Below, one piece after another: positions 10,059 through 19,846 of a stretch of 64,000 bases of DNA (position 1 is its first letter; each line of letters starts with the position of its first letter). The translations under genes were made by a program, and so were the position numbers. The notes under the pieces are model-generated. The model searched no databases. It was given only the letters and a program-made list of their open reading frames with translations, and was not told the DNA's origin. This DNA is from Deltaproteobacteria bacterium. GTDB taxonomy: Bacteria > Desulfobacterota > Deferrimicrobia > J040. The DNA is taken from positions 164,928 to 228,927 of the forward strand of contig WVXK01000062.1 of assembly GCA_011773515.1 (NCBI GenBank). The letters are read 5' to 3'.

Positions 10059-10917
10059 CTGCCACCCTGTCTGCCATCAGCATGACGCTTCCGTAATCCG
10101 CACGCGTGATCTTCTCAACAACCGGGCACTTGCAAACGAAAAGAAAAAAGCAGTTCTCGAGGCTGCCATAGAGGGTTTCAAAGTTTGCCTGTCCCTTGCT
10201 TATGACGAGATCTGACTTGTGGAGCATATCCAGAAACTCGGCTGACACATCCCCGAGGTCGGTACCAACAGCCTGACTCCCATTTGATACGACCCGAATG
10301 TTCTCATCCAGGCCCAACTCAAGAGCATCAGAATAGGTTATGTCGTCTATTACCGGTCCTCCCTTGACGCCGAACCAGACTTCTATGCCCCCATCCATGA
10401 GCCGTTCCGCGAGCACCAGGTCAAAGGGGGCCTCCCCCGTGTTGTCCAGGAGCATTCCCACCACCTTTGCACGAGCAAGGGCGCCCATAAAGTGATCAAT
10501 TTCATATACGCCCCGTGTGAGGGCATCCATGTCCCCGAAGAAGCGCTCGGCCTCACCTTCCGATATGATTCCGAAATCGTACATGTTCCCCGCACCGGCG
10601 AGCAGCACGGCGGCCTCGACACCCTCTCCCCTCTCATCTACCTTTGCCCGAACCTTGGAGTAGGTTTCCCTGAATCTTTTTTTCTGCTCTCTCTTGACAT
10701 CATCGAAGGGGTCGGCAACTCCGCTTGCCTCTCTGACAATCGCGTGCAGCCGCGACGCAACCCGCGCGGGAACATCATCGGCACTGATGGATCCTATATA
10801 GCGGGCGGCCCTGCTCAAGCTTCGCAACGCGGCCGCCTCGGTCAGACCTCCCTGCCTGCAGGCTGTCTCTACCTGCCTGAGAAAACAGGCATAGCAATCA
10901 GGATTTACTCTTATCAT
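10018..10917 (-). CDS. DUF89 / ARMT1-like damage-control phosphatase
   Basis: N-terminal CxxC (CYAC), GNMYDFG, LDNTGE, ISKGQANFE. Confidence 0.82.
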   Translation of the reverse strand: MIRVNPDCYACFLRQVETACRQGGLTEAAALRSLSRAARYIGSISADDVPARVASRLHAIVREASGVADPFDDVKREQKKRFRETYSKVRAKVDERGEGVEAAVLLAGAGNMYDFGIISEGEAERFFGDMDALTRGVYEIDHFMGALARAKVVGMLLDNTGEAPFDLVLAERLMDGGIEVWFGVKGGPVIDDITYSDALELGLDENIRVVSNGSQAVGTDLGDVSAEFLDMLHKSDLVISKGQANFETLYGSLENCFFLFVCKCPVVEKITRADYGSVMLMADRVADEAGKNRGISQFK

Positions 10918-11401
10918 TCAATGCCCTCGAGGACTCGATCACATCCCCCTCCATCTTTTTCCTGAAGGATTTGAGAGATTCCCGGATCCCCTCGTACTTT
11001 ATTGACAGTATGGACAGGGCAAGGTAGGCCGCGTTCTTGGAACCTGTCTTCCCCACTGTCACAGTCGCGACAGGAATCCCTGCCGGCATCATCACCGTGG
11101 ATAAAAGAGCGTCGAGGCCTCCGAGGGGCGACGCATCGAGAGGAATACCGATAACCGGAAGGGTCGTGTGAGACGCAACGACACCGGCGAGGTGAGCCGC
11201 GAAACCGGCGGCTGCAATGATCACCTCACAGCCCTCCCTCTCCGCCTCACTGATCAGCTTCTCCGTCCTCTCCGGAGACCTGTGGGCCGATGTGACCTCC
11301 ACCCTCACATCGACGCCAAAATCTTTCAAAATCTCCACCGTACTGTTAACCGTGCTGAAATCGGAACCCGATCCCATGAGGACGATCACTTTCGGAGTCA
11401 T
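10898..11401 (-). CDS. purE: N5-carboxyaminoimidazole ribonucleotide mutase
   Basis: MGSGSD, SAHRSP, AAHLAGV, GLDALLSTVMMPAGIPVAT. Confidence 0.95.
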   Translation of the reverse strand: MTPKVIVLMGSGSDFSTVNSTVEILKDFGVDVRVEVTSAHRSPERTEKLISEAEREGCEVIIAAAGFAAHLAGVVASHTTLPVIGIPLDASPLGGLDALLSTVMMPAGIPVATVTVGKTGSKNAAYLALSILSIKYEGIRESLKSFRKKMEGDVIESSRALNDKSKS

Positions 11402-11494
11402 CTGAGCCTCCCTTTGACACTCCCTTTGCCCTGTATCCTTTCAAAAGCCGCGACGACGAGCGCTTTCATCATCTGCATCCGGCTTTTTTCCTTT

Positions 11495-13060
11495 TTAGTG
11501 TCTGAAATGTCTGATGCCCGTAAAAACCATTGCCATATCGTGTTCGTCTGCAGCCCTGATCACTTCCTCATCCCGGATCGATCCGCCGGGTTGGATTATG
11601 GCAGTGGCACCCGCCTCGGCAACCACGTCCACGCCATCTCTGAATGGAAAGAAAGCATCGGAAGCCACGACGCATCCCCTGGTGGATATTTGTGCTTTCA
11701 TTATGGCAATTCTTGCCGAGTCCACCCTGGACATCTGGCCAGCGCCGACTCCCACGCTTCTGTCTTTCCTGGCCAGAACAATCGCATTCGACTTTACATG
11801 TTTGCAGAGCTTCCAGGCAAAGAAAAGGGCCGACAGCTCATCCTCGGTGGGCTTTCTCTTCGTAACGGCTTTTAAAAGATCCGAGTTGAGCGTGGGCTCA
11901 TCAGCCGTCTGCACCAGCAACCCTCCTGAGACATTCTTCAGCTCCATTTTTTCCCTTGCTTCCCGGAAAGACCTCATGTCCACACGCATGACCCTGAGGT
12001 TCTTTTTTTTCGAGAGGACCTTCAGCGCCGCCCTGTCATAATCAGGAGCAACAATCGCCTCGAAAAAGATCTTCGCCATTCCTCTCGCGCAATCCTCGTT
12101 TACCTTTCTGTTCAACGCAACGATGCCGCCGTAGGCGGAAACGGGGTCGCACTCATTTGCCTTCTTGAAAGCATCGGAAAGTCTCCGCCTCGATATTCCC
12201 GCACCGCAGGGGTTGGTATGTTTTATGATTACTGCAGCCGGCTCGTCGAACTCCAGGGCGAGGGAGAAAGCCGCATCGATGTCCACGATATTATTGAAGG
12301 AGAGCTCCTTCCCCTGGAGTTGCTGCGCAAACCCCACCCCTGCAACGGGAAACCTGCCATCCCTGTAGAAAGCCGCCGTCTGGTGAGGGTTTTCTCCATA
12401 CCGAAGATCCTGCACCTTGTCCCACTGCCAGGTGAATACATCGGGGAATCCCTTCCTGTCACCTCCGTCTGCCAGGGAGTGGAGATAGTTGGAAATCGAC
12501 GCGTCATACCACGCCGTGTGAGAAAAGGCCTTTTTCGCCAGCCAGAACAGGAATTGCTCATCGAGGTTGCCGTTTTTCTTTTTCAGGGTATCGAGCACCT
12601 TTCTGTAGTCCTGCGGATCCACCACCACGCAGACGCTACGGAAATTTTTCGCCGCTCCGCGCAGGAGGGTCGGGCCTCCTATGTCGATATTTTCTATCGC
12701 CTCCTCTCTGCTGCAGGATGGGTTTTTTACCGTCTCCTCGAAAGGATAGAGATTGACGATGACCATGTCAAAGGGCCTTATATCGTGTTCCCTGAGAACT
12801 TTCATGTGTTCCCTTTTTTCTCTCATCGCAAGTATGCCAGCATGGATTCTGGGATGCAGGGTCTTAACCCGTCCGTCGAGCATCTCAGGGAATTCCGTGT
12901 AATCTTCGATCGCCCTGACAACGATCTTGTTTTTTTTCAGGAGACTGGCCGTTCCTCCTGACGCATAGATCTCGATCCCGAGCCTGTGAAGGCCCTTGGC
13001 AAAATCCACGATGCCACTTTTGTCCGACACGCTGATAATGGCCCTCCTGATCCTCGCCAT
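11495..13060 (-). CDS. purH: Bifunctional AICAR transformylase / IMP cyclohydrolase
   Basis: SVSDK, GRVKTLHP, IDIGGP, LRYGENPHQ, KHTNPCG, SDAFFPF, QPGGS, RHFRH. Confidence 0.97.
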   Translation of the reverse strand: MARIRRAIISVSDKSGIVDFAKGLHRLGIEIYASGGTASLLKKNKIVVRAIEDYTEFPEMLDGRVKTLHPRIHAGILAMREKREHMKVLREHDIRPFDMVIVNLYPFEETVKNPSCSREEAIENIDIGGPTLLRGAAKNFRSVCVVVDPQDYRKVLDTLKKKNGNLDEQFLFWLAKKAFSHTAWYDASISNYLHSLADGGDRKGFPDVFTWQWDKVQDLRYGENPHQTAAFYRDGRFPVAGVGFAQQLQGKELSFNNIVDIDAAFSLALEFDEPAAVIIKHTNPCGAGISRRRLSDAFKKANECDPVSAYGGIVALNRKVNEDCARGMAKIFFEAIVAPDYDRAALKVLSKKKNLRVMRVDMRSFREAREKMELKNVSGGLLVQTADEPTLNSDLLKAVTKRKPTEDELSALFFAWKLCKHVKSNAIVLARKDRSVGVGAGQMSRVDSARIAIMKAQISTRGCVVASDAFFPFRDGVDVVAEAGATAIIQPGGSIRDEEVIRAADEHDMAMVFTGIRHFRH

Positions 13061-13084
13061 CTAACCCCACCTCTCTTTTCTGTT

Positions 13085-14596
13085 TTATGGGCTCACAGGC
13101 GGAGTCGCCCTGAGCAGAGTCTTTAAGTCCTCGTCTCTCAACTCGATCCCGAAGCCGAAGAAAAACGTCCTCAAATCGCTATTATCATTGATGAAATCAT
13201 CGTATCCCGCAGTGAGAAAGAAGTTTCTAAAAATACTATAATTTCCGTAGAATTTCAAATGAGGATCGTTGTTGTCCCTGGTCAGGTCGAAGAAGTCAAG
13301 GTTTAAAACCAGCCTGTCGGAGAGGCTGAAGTAGGAAAGCCCGACACCGCCCGTGGACTCCATCAACCCCCCCCTGAAGGAGAAATCGCCAAACTGTTTC
13401 GATATTAAGGCGTTGAACTTGAGGTCATCGTCGAACTCAACCTTCTCCGTTTCCACGGTCGTGCCGGGAGGGGTCTGGGTTACTACGGTCCTGGTCGTCT
13501 CCACATTCCCGACAGGATCATCCACTATCCCGAAGAGGTAGTATTTATCCACCGTTGGCCGGATCTTCAGCGATGCGTACTGCTTGAACTCGGAAGACTG
13601 CTCCTGATACTCGAGCCGGTAGTCCAGGTAGGTTTGGAGGGCCTCGTACTTTTTTATCTGCCTGTTTATCCCGTCCATGGCGGAGCTGAAATCTTCGTAC
13701 GCTTTTTCATCGGTAACCAGTTTCCCGATTGTTCCCTCTCCGCTCTCTATCCTCTCCAGCGTGGAGTCGAGCCTGGCTGAGGCCGACTTGATGTTTTCTA
13801 TCGCCTCTTTTATGTCTTCCCGGTTCTCAGAGACGAATCCCCCGACCTCGTTCATCGTGCTTTCAATTTTGCTCGCAATCTCGGGCGTCCTTTCTTTCAG
13901 CGTGTCGGAGAATTCCCTGAGATTTGCAATCAGGATCTTTATGTCCTGCTTGCTCTCGCCCGATACCTCGCCCAGGTCGGCAGACAGCCTGTCGAGGTTG
14001 TCGAGGATCCTCCCGATCTTTTTCTCATTGGCATCCATCAGATCCCGGAACACCCTCGTTGAGTCTCTCAGGTTCACAACGATCTCTTTCAGGGACTCCC
14101 TTCCCTCCTCCTCCCCGAGCGCCTCTGCAAGCGACTCGGTAACTTTCTTGATGTCGTCGGCCATTATGGTTATTTTTCTCACGAACTCGTCGAAGTTGGC
14201 CCCGGGAGTCGACTTTGACAATACGCTCTCGGGTTGTATAAATTTCTCCTTTTCCTCACCGGGGATGATTTCGATGTATTTCTCCCCCAGGAGACCCTCG
14301 GAGGCAAGGGATATGGTTGAGTCCGCGGGAATCTCCACGCCCTCCTTTATGCTCATTCTGACCTTTGCCTTGCCATTCTCAAGCCGTATGCTGACCACAT
14401 TGCCGATAGGAACTCCTGCCATCTTCACCACGGATTTTTCATCGAGCCCTGAGACCGTATCAAAGATCGCGTATATTATGTACCCCCTCTCCGTAACCTC
14501 AATTTTGCCGACTTTGAGCGTAAAGTAGGCGAGTATGAGAATTCCGACAAGGACGAACATTCCGACCTTCGCCTCCTTGGAAATAAATGCCATCAT
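13085..14596 (-). CDS. mlaD: MCE/MlaD family protein with long helical region and beta-rich C-terminus
   Basis: EAKVGMFV anchor, VKMAGVPIG, GLLGEKYIEI, GEGTIGKLV. Confidence 0.85.
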   Translation of the reverse strand: MMAFISKEAKVGMFVLVGILILAYFTLKVGKIEVTERGYIIYAIFDTVSGLDEKSVVKMAGVPIGNVVSIRLENGKAKVRMSIKEGVEIPADSTISLASEGLLGEKYIEIIPGEEKEKFIQPESVLSKSTPGANFDEFVRKITIMADDIKKVTESLAEALGEEEGRESLKEIVVNLRDSTRVFRDLMDANEKKIGRILDNLDRLSADLGEVSGESKQDIKILIANLREFSDTLKERTPEIASKIESTMNEVGGFVSENREDIKEAIENIKSASARLDSTLERIESGEGTIGKLVTDEKAYEDFSSAMDGINRQIKKYEALQTYLDYRLEYQEQSSEFKQYASLKIRPTVDKYYLFGIVDDPVGNVETTRTVVTQTPPGTTVETEKVEFDDDLKFNALISKQFGDFSFRGGLMESTGGVGLSYFSLSDRLVLNLDFFDLTRDNNDPHLKFYGNYSIFRNFFLTAGYDDFINDNSDLRTFFFGFGIELRDEDLKTLLRATPPVSP

Positions 14597-15411
14597 TTCC
14601 TCCGGTCTAAAGGTTCTGCGGGCTTCGTGTCAAACTTCACAAACTCTTCACTTTCCTCTGTTATCGGACCCTCGGCACGGCCTTCTATAAACTGCCTCAC
14701 AATGGGGTTCTCCGAACTTCTCACCTCATCGGGGGTACCCACTTCAACGATTTTTCCATTATAAAGCATAGCAATTTTATCACCTATCTTATACGCAGAG
14801 GTCATATCGTGGGTTATGCTTATCGAGGTAACATTCAGGATACTCTTCATGCTGATAACCAGTTCATTGATTACATCGGCCATGATCGGGTCAAGACCCG
14901 TTGTGGGCTCGTCGTAGAGGAGTATCTCCGGTTCTGACGCAATAGCCCTGGCAAGGCCGACCCTTTTCTTCATCCCCCCCGAAAGTTCCGAAGGCATGAG
15001 ATGCTGGATGTTTCTCAAGCCCACCAGGGAAAGCTTCTCTTCGACGATCTGATAAAGCTTGCCCGCCGGAACCAGTTTCAGCCTCTTCAGCTCAAACGCC
15101 ACGTTCTCTCCCACGGTCAGGGAATCGAAAAGGGCCGCTCCCTGAAACAGCATCCCGAATTTTTTCCTGACCTCGACCATTTCCTCTTCAGTTATCTTCG
15201 TCACATCGACGCCGTCGACTGAAATACTTCCCGCATCCGGCTTCAGAAGACCTATGACGCATTTGATCAGGACACTTTTTCCCGATCCGCTCCCGCCTAT
15301 TACCACCATGTTCTCACCCTTGAAAATATCGAGATTGACCCCCTGAAGAACCCTGTTGATTCCGAATGACTTGTGCAGATCTCTTATTTTGATTATGGGT
15401 TTCATCATCAA
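14593..15411 (-). CDS. mlaF: MlaF-type ABC ATPase
   Basis: GGSGSGKS, FQGAALFDS, LSGGMKKRV, YDEPTTGLDP. Confidence 0.92.
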   Translation of the reverse strand: MMMKPIIKIRDLHKSFGINRVLQGVNLDIFKGENMVVIGGSGSGKSVLIKCVIGLLKPDAGSISVDGVDVTKITEEEMVEVRKKFGMLFQGAALFDSLTVGENVAFELKRLKLVPAGKLYQIVEEKLSLVGLRNIQHLMPSELSGGMKKRVGLARAIASEPEILLYDEPTTGLDPIMADVINELVISMKSILNVTSISITHDMTSAYKIGDKIAMLYNGKIVEVGTPDEVRSSENPIVRQFIEGRAEGPITEESEEFVKFDTKPAEPLDRRK

Positions 15412-16187
15412 AACAGGAGGGCGGTGAGGAAATAGTCCGAGATGAGGACAGACATCGCCGAAAATACCACAGCCCTGGTTGTGGATTTTCCCACCCCTTC
15501 TGCTCCCCCCTCGGTTTTGAACCCCTGGGAACAGCTGATCAGCGCAATCAGAAACCCGAAAACAGCAGCTTTCAGCAATCCGATGTATATGTCATCCAAT
15601 TCCAGGTATTGATAGGTTTTATTGATATACACGACAGGGTTTCCCCCGAGAATTTTCACGCTCACGAAATATCCACCCACGATACCGATGAGATCCCCGA
15701 AAATAACGAGAATCGGCATGACAATCGTCGTGGCAAGGATACGGGGGACGACGAGATACTTCACCGGGTTTGCCGCGAGGGTATACATGGCGTCAATCTG
15801 CTCCGTGACCTTCATCGTACCGAGCTCCGCCGCGATCGAGGCACCCACCCTGCCCGACACCATGAGCCCCGCAAAAACCGGCCCCAGCTCCCTTGTCATG
15901 GAGAGTGCGACAACGGTACCAACGAGGCTTTCCGCCTTGAATCTGGCAAAAGCCGACCACGATTGGAGGGCAAGCACCATCCCGGTGAACGCAGCGGTTA
16001 TCAAGACCACGGGAAGGGATTTTAAGCCTACCTCCTCTATCTGTTTGAGTATGTTATCTATTTCGGAAGGGGGCCGGAAAGCCCAGTATGTCGCATCCAT
16101 GAACATACGGCCATGATAACCGAGGCTCTCTACCAACCTGTATGCAACCTTTCCGATGGAGTTGATAAGCTCTGAAGCCATATTCAT
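15408..16187 (-). CDS. mlaE: MlaE-type ABC permease
   Basis: RELGPV, GRVGASIAAELGTMKVTEQIDA, GAEGVGKSTT. Confidence 0.93.
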   Translation of the reverse strand: MNMASELINSIGKVAYRLVESLGYHGRMFMDATYWAFRPPSEIDNILKQIEEVGLKSLPVVLITAAFTGMVLALQSWSAFARFKAESLVGTVVALSMTRELGPVFAGLMVSGRVGASIAAELGTMKVTEQIDAMYTLAANPVKYLVVPRILATTIVMPILVIFGDLIGIVGGYFVSVKILGGNPVVYINKTYQYLELDDIYIGLLKAAVFGFLIALISCSQGFKTEGGAEGVGKSTTRAVVFSAMSVLISDYFLTALLF

Positions 16188-16244
16188 AGAACGCTCCGCA
16201 CTGTACCTGACACGATAGTAACACCTGCCCCATTCGTATGCGGG

Positions 16245-17357
16245 CTACTCAACGAACACCCGCGGAACACGCTTTCCTATTCCCGTCAGGATCTCGTAGG
16301 GTATCGTGGATGCCCTCTCGGCAACCTCTTCAACGGGTATTGCCACGCCCCACTTCTCTCCGAAAATCATCACTTCCGAGCCGACTTTCGACTCAGGAAT
16401 ATCCGTAACGTCGATCATGATGTTATCCATGCAAATGGCCCCGAGAATTTTTGCAGGCTTCCCCTCCACACACACCTCGAATCCAGGAGACAGGACCTTT
16501 CGCAACCCGTCGGCGTAACCCACGGGCAGAACGGCTATTCTCTCCCTCCTCTTGGTGACATATTTTCTTCCATAACTGATGGGAAATCCTGCAGGAAATT
16601 CCTTCACATAGTAAATTCTCGTAGTGAGGTTCATCACCGGAGCAAGGCCGATATCCTCGATCCCGGCCCTCGGAAGAGACCCGTACAGGGTAATTCCGGG
16701 CCTCACCATATCGTGCTGGTCCCCGGTAAACCGTATTATTCCCGCGCTGTTTAAAACATGAAAATCGACACCGTTGGCGGGAAAGGTTCCCGCCACCTCT
16801 CTGAAGGCGCGCAGCTGCCTGTTCGTGTGTTTCAGGTCCTCCTCCTCATCCCCATCGGCAGACGAGAGGTGGGACATAACTCCCTTCAGCTCAACGTATT
16901 TTGCCTCATCTATGGATCGTGAGGCCCTTTCGGCCTCATCCGGAAATATTCCGAGACGGCCCATCTCGGTATCCACCTTGAGGTGAATGCCCACTATCTT
17001 CCGAACCCTGTTCGATTCCGAGATAATATCTTCCAGGTGACCGATCGAGCCGATGACCACGTCGAGCCCCAGGGATATCGCCTCATACAGCTGATCGGGC
17101 ATCACCCCTCCGAGTACGACAACATTCTCCGCCACACCCCCATCCCGCAGCTGGACCCCTTCCTCGACGGTAGCAACGCCCAGGTGCGAAACACCGCATT
17201 CGACCAGTCTCGAAGCTACAGGGACTGCTCCATGCCCGTACGCATCGGCTTTTACGACAGCGAGAATCTTCGTCCTGGATTTCAGGTATCCCTTTAAGCT
17301 TTCAAGGTTGCTCTCTAGATGAGACAGGTTAATTTCCGCTATGGTAGGCCTACCCAA
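16245..17357 (-). CDS. alr: Alanine racemase
   Basis: AVVKADAYGHG, HLKVDTEMGRLG, VRPGITLYG, ISYG, GYADG, TIPYE. Confidence 0.95.
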   Translation of the reverse strand: MGRPTIAEINLSHLESNLESLKGYLKSRTKILAVVKADAYGHGAVPVASRLVECGVSHLGVATVEEGVQLRDGGVAENVVVLGGVMPDQLYEAISLGLDVVIGSIGHLEDIISESNRVRKIVGIHLKVDTEMGRLGIFPDEAERASRSIDEAKYVELKGVMSHLSSADGDEEEDLKHTNRQLRAFREVAGTFPANGVDFHVLNSAGIIRFTGDQHDMVRPGITLYGSLPRAGIEDIGLAPVMNLTTRIYYVKEFPAGFPISYGRKYVTKRRERIAVLPVGYADGLRKVLSPGFEVCVEGKPAKILGAICMDNIMIDVTDIPESKVGSEVMIFGEKWGVAIPVEEVAERASTIPYEILTGIGKRVPRVFVE

Positions 17358-17395
17358 ATGCCTCTACCACCTCTATTTTTCTGGATTTCAAAGAA

Positions 17396-17424
17396 ATTAT
17401 AACCAAATCCGTGAAGCCTTTCAA
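17396..17424 (-). promoter_or_regulatory. Sigma70-type promoter for the alr-mlaEFD-purH run
   Basis: Minus strand TTGAAA-17 bp-TATAAT about 40 bp upstream of alr. Confidence 0.65.
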
Positions 17425-17799
17425 AACATACCACCCTCCCGGCCCTTGTGACACGGGATATTAGATTTACTATATACTATTAAAAGCTAATTTTTTAAAC
17501 CGGTAATTTCGCGTCGAATATCGCACCCAAACACTTTCCCGGAAGAAAGAAACGCGGCCGAATCACCCGGCCGATGAGGACTTATCGTTAGTCACATGAA
17601 CCGTTTGCGAGGAGACGGGGAGGTGCATACAGACAGGTAATGCGATAGAAATATGCGGCGTGACACCCGCGAAGGCCAGACCAGCAGGGAGCCACTGATT
17701 GCCCGGAGGGTCGAGAATGCAAAATGCCCAGGTCGCCGGAAAAAAACGATCAACCTTGGAACTTACATGCGGGAGAGATAAAGTCCTTCAAGGGAACGC

Positions 17800-19212
17800 T
17801 CACTCCTTGACTTTTTCCAGAATGTACCCATCCTTTGAATCAATCACACTGTATCCGAGCGATTTTATTTCGGCGCGCAAAAGGTCAGCCTCATCATACC
17901 GCCTGTTCTTTCTCGCCCGGGCTCTTCTTTCGGCTATTTCCCGCGCTTTCAGGAAATCCTCGTCACGCTCCGACTCTTTCTCTTCGCTTTTCTCAAAGAG
18001 GTCGAGCCCCAGAACGACATCCCATTTCCTGAGAAGATAAACCTTTTCAGCCTCGCCGAGATCTGACCTGAACATTTTCCAGACCGTGGCGAGGGCCTTT
18101 GGAATATTCAAGTCGCTTTCCAGGGCACCCTGGAATTCCCCCTCGAACTCCCGCGCACGCGCGCCCGGCCGATCACACATGCCATGTTCCTCGAAAAGAG
18201 AAAGGGCCTGACTCTTCAATCGCGAGCGGGCCTTCCTCGCTCCCTCCTGAGCCTCCATGGTGAAATTCATCACCGTCTTGTAATGAGCGTTGAGACAGAG
18301 GTACCGGAAATCCATCGGCGAAAATCCGCGCTCCTCGAGATCGTCGAGGGTGTACTCATTACCGGCAGATTTGGACATTTTCTTTCCGTTGACCAGGAGA
18401 TGGCCTCCGTGAACCCAGTACCGGGCAAAATTCCCCCCCACTGCGCACCGCGCCTGCGCAATCTCATTCTCGTGGTGCGGAAAAACAAGGTCAATGCCGC
18501 CGAGGTGAACATCGAACTCCTTTCCGAGATACTTGATGGCCATCGCCGCACACTCGATATGCCATCCCGGGAAGCCCTCTCCCCAGGGGCTTTCCCACTT
18601 CAGCTCCCTCCCGGGCTCAGCCTGCTTCCAGAGGGTGAAATCCTCGGGATTTTTTTTGTGATGGTCCGCCTCGCTCCTGTAACCTTCGCGCAGTTGTTCC
18701 GGGAGGTTTCTCGAAAGCTTGCCGTAATCGCTGAACCTGCCCACATCGAAATATATGGTCCCTTCCCTTTCGTAGGTGAAACCCTTCAAAACGAGTTTCG
18801 AAACCAGTTCGATCATCTCTTCGATGTGGTCACTAGCCCGCGGGTAGAGGTCGGCAGGAGCAATTCCCATCCTCCCCTCATCCCGCAGAAAGGCTGCCGT
18901 AAAATAACCCGCTATTTCCTCCGGCGTTTTTCGTGCTGCACGGGCTGCGGCGATCACCTTGTCCTCACCGCGCTCGAGCATCTCCTGGCGCATATGTCCC
19001 ACATCGGTTATGTTTTTCACATGGTAAACCGTGTAGGAAAGATAGCGGAGCACACGCACCAGGATATCCGACATGAGGTAGGTCCTCAAATTACCGATGT
19101 GAGCGTACCGGTACACGGTGGGGCCACAGGTATAGATCTTCACGATGGAGGGATCAAGAGGGGTAAAAGGGACTACATTTCGTTCGGTAGTGCTGTAAAT
19201 ATGAAGGGCCAT
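17800..19212 (-). CDS. cysS: Cysteine--tRNA ligase
   Basis: CGPTVY, HIGN, DFTLWK, PGWHIEC, FPHHENE, KMSKS. Confidence 0.96.
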   Translation of the reverse strand: MALHIYSTTERNVVPFTPLDPSIVKIYTCGPTVYRYAHIGNLRTYLMSDILVRVLRYLSYTVYHVKNITDVGHMRQEMLERGEDKVIAAARAARKTPEEIAGYFTAAFLRDEGRMGIAPADLYPRASDHIEEMIELVSKLVLKGFTYEREGTIYFDVGRFSDYGKLSRNLPEQLREGYRSEADHHKKNPEDFTLWKQAEPGRELKWESPWGEGFPGWHIECAAMAIKYLGKEFDVHLGGIDLVFPHHENEIAQARCAVGGNFARYWVHGGHLLVNGKKMSKSAGNEYTLDDLEERGFSPMDFRYLCLNAHYKTVMNFTMEAQEGARKARSRLKSQALSLFEEHGMCDRPGARAREFEGEFQGALESDLNIPKALATVWKMFRSDLGEAEKVYLLRKWDVVLGLDLFEKSEEKESERDEDFLKAREIAERRARARKNRRYDEADLLRAEIKSLGYSVIDSKDGYILEKVKE

Positions 19213-19242
19213 GGGTTTTACCCGACAAGCCCCCTATGCGGT

Positions 19243-19437
19243 TCAATACTCCCAGAGGGCACTGTCTATTTCATCCTGTATCATCTGGATGTGTTTTTTT
19301 TCTTCCTCGGCCAGGAAGCGGAAAAGCTCCTTTACGCTCTCGTCTTCAAACCTTTCGGCTGCTTCCCGGTACTTTTTGTATGCCCATTTCTCCCTCTCGA
19401 GTGCATCAAAGAGAACTGCTGATGGGTCGTAATCCAT
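19243..19437 (-). CDS. Small ferritin/rubrerythrin-like helical hairpin protein (copy B)
   Basis: 64 aa; ALEREK...Y...FRFLAEEEKKH (E...ExxH di-iron half-site); GGAGG SD. Confidence 0.8.
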   Translation of the reverse strand: MDYDPSAVLFDALEREKWAYKKYREAAERFEDESVKELFRFLAEEEKKHIQMIQDEIDSALWEY

Positions 19438-19461
19438 GATAACCTCCCCGTTTGATATCCG

Positions 19462-19842
19462 TCAGACCGCTTTTTTCCGGTAGTCTTCGATCGCAGCCTT
19501 CACCGCTTCTTCCGCCATGACAGAACAGTGAATCTTTGCAGGGGGGAGCCCGTCGAGCGCCTCTGCAACATTCTCGTTCGTGATGGTGAGCACTTCGTCG
19601 ACGGTTTTCCCCTTGATTATCTCGGTGAGCATGCTGCTCGACGCAATGGCAGCACCACACCCGAAAGTCATGAACTTGGCATCGGTAACGACATTGTCCT
19701 CAACCTTGATAAAGAGTCGCATCATGTCGCCACATGCCGGATTGCCAACCTCGCCAACACCGCTTGCATCATCGATTTCACCGACGTTTCTCGGGTTCAT
19801 GAAGTGATCCATCACCTTCTCGCTGTAGGGTCCAATAGACAT
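19462..19842 (-). CDS. iscU: Fe-S scaffold IscU / NifU N-terminal domain
   Basis: YSEKVMDHFMNPRNVG, GNPACGD, FGCGAAIAS, LPPAKIHCS. Confidence 0.95.
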   Translation of the reverse strand: MSIGPYSEKVMDHFMNPRNVGEIDDASGVGEVGNPACGDMMRLFIKVEDNVVTDAKFMTFGCGAAIASSSMLTEIIKGKTVDEVLTITNENVAEALDGLPPAKIHCSVMAEEAVKAAIEDYRKKAV

Positions 19843-19846
19843 ACCG

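Noticed and set aside
11495..13085. ZTP or purine riboswitch upstream of purH
   Set aside because: Only 24 nt separate mlaD and purH, leaving no room.
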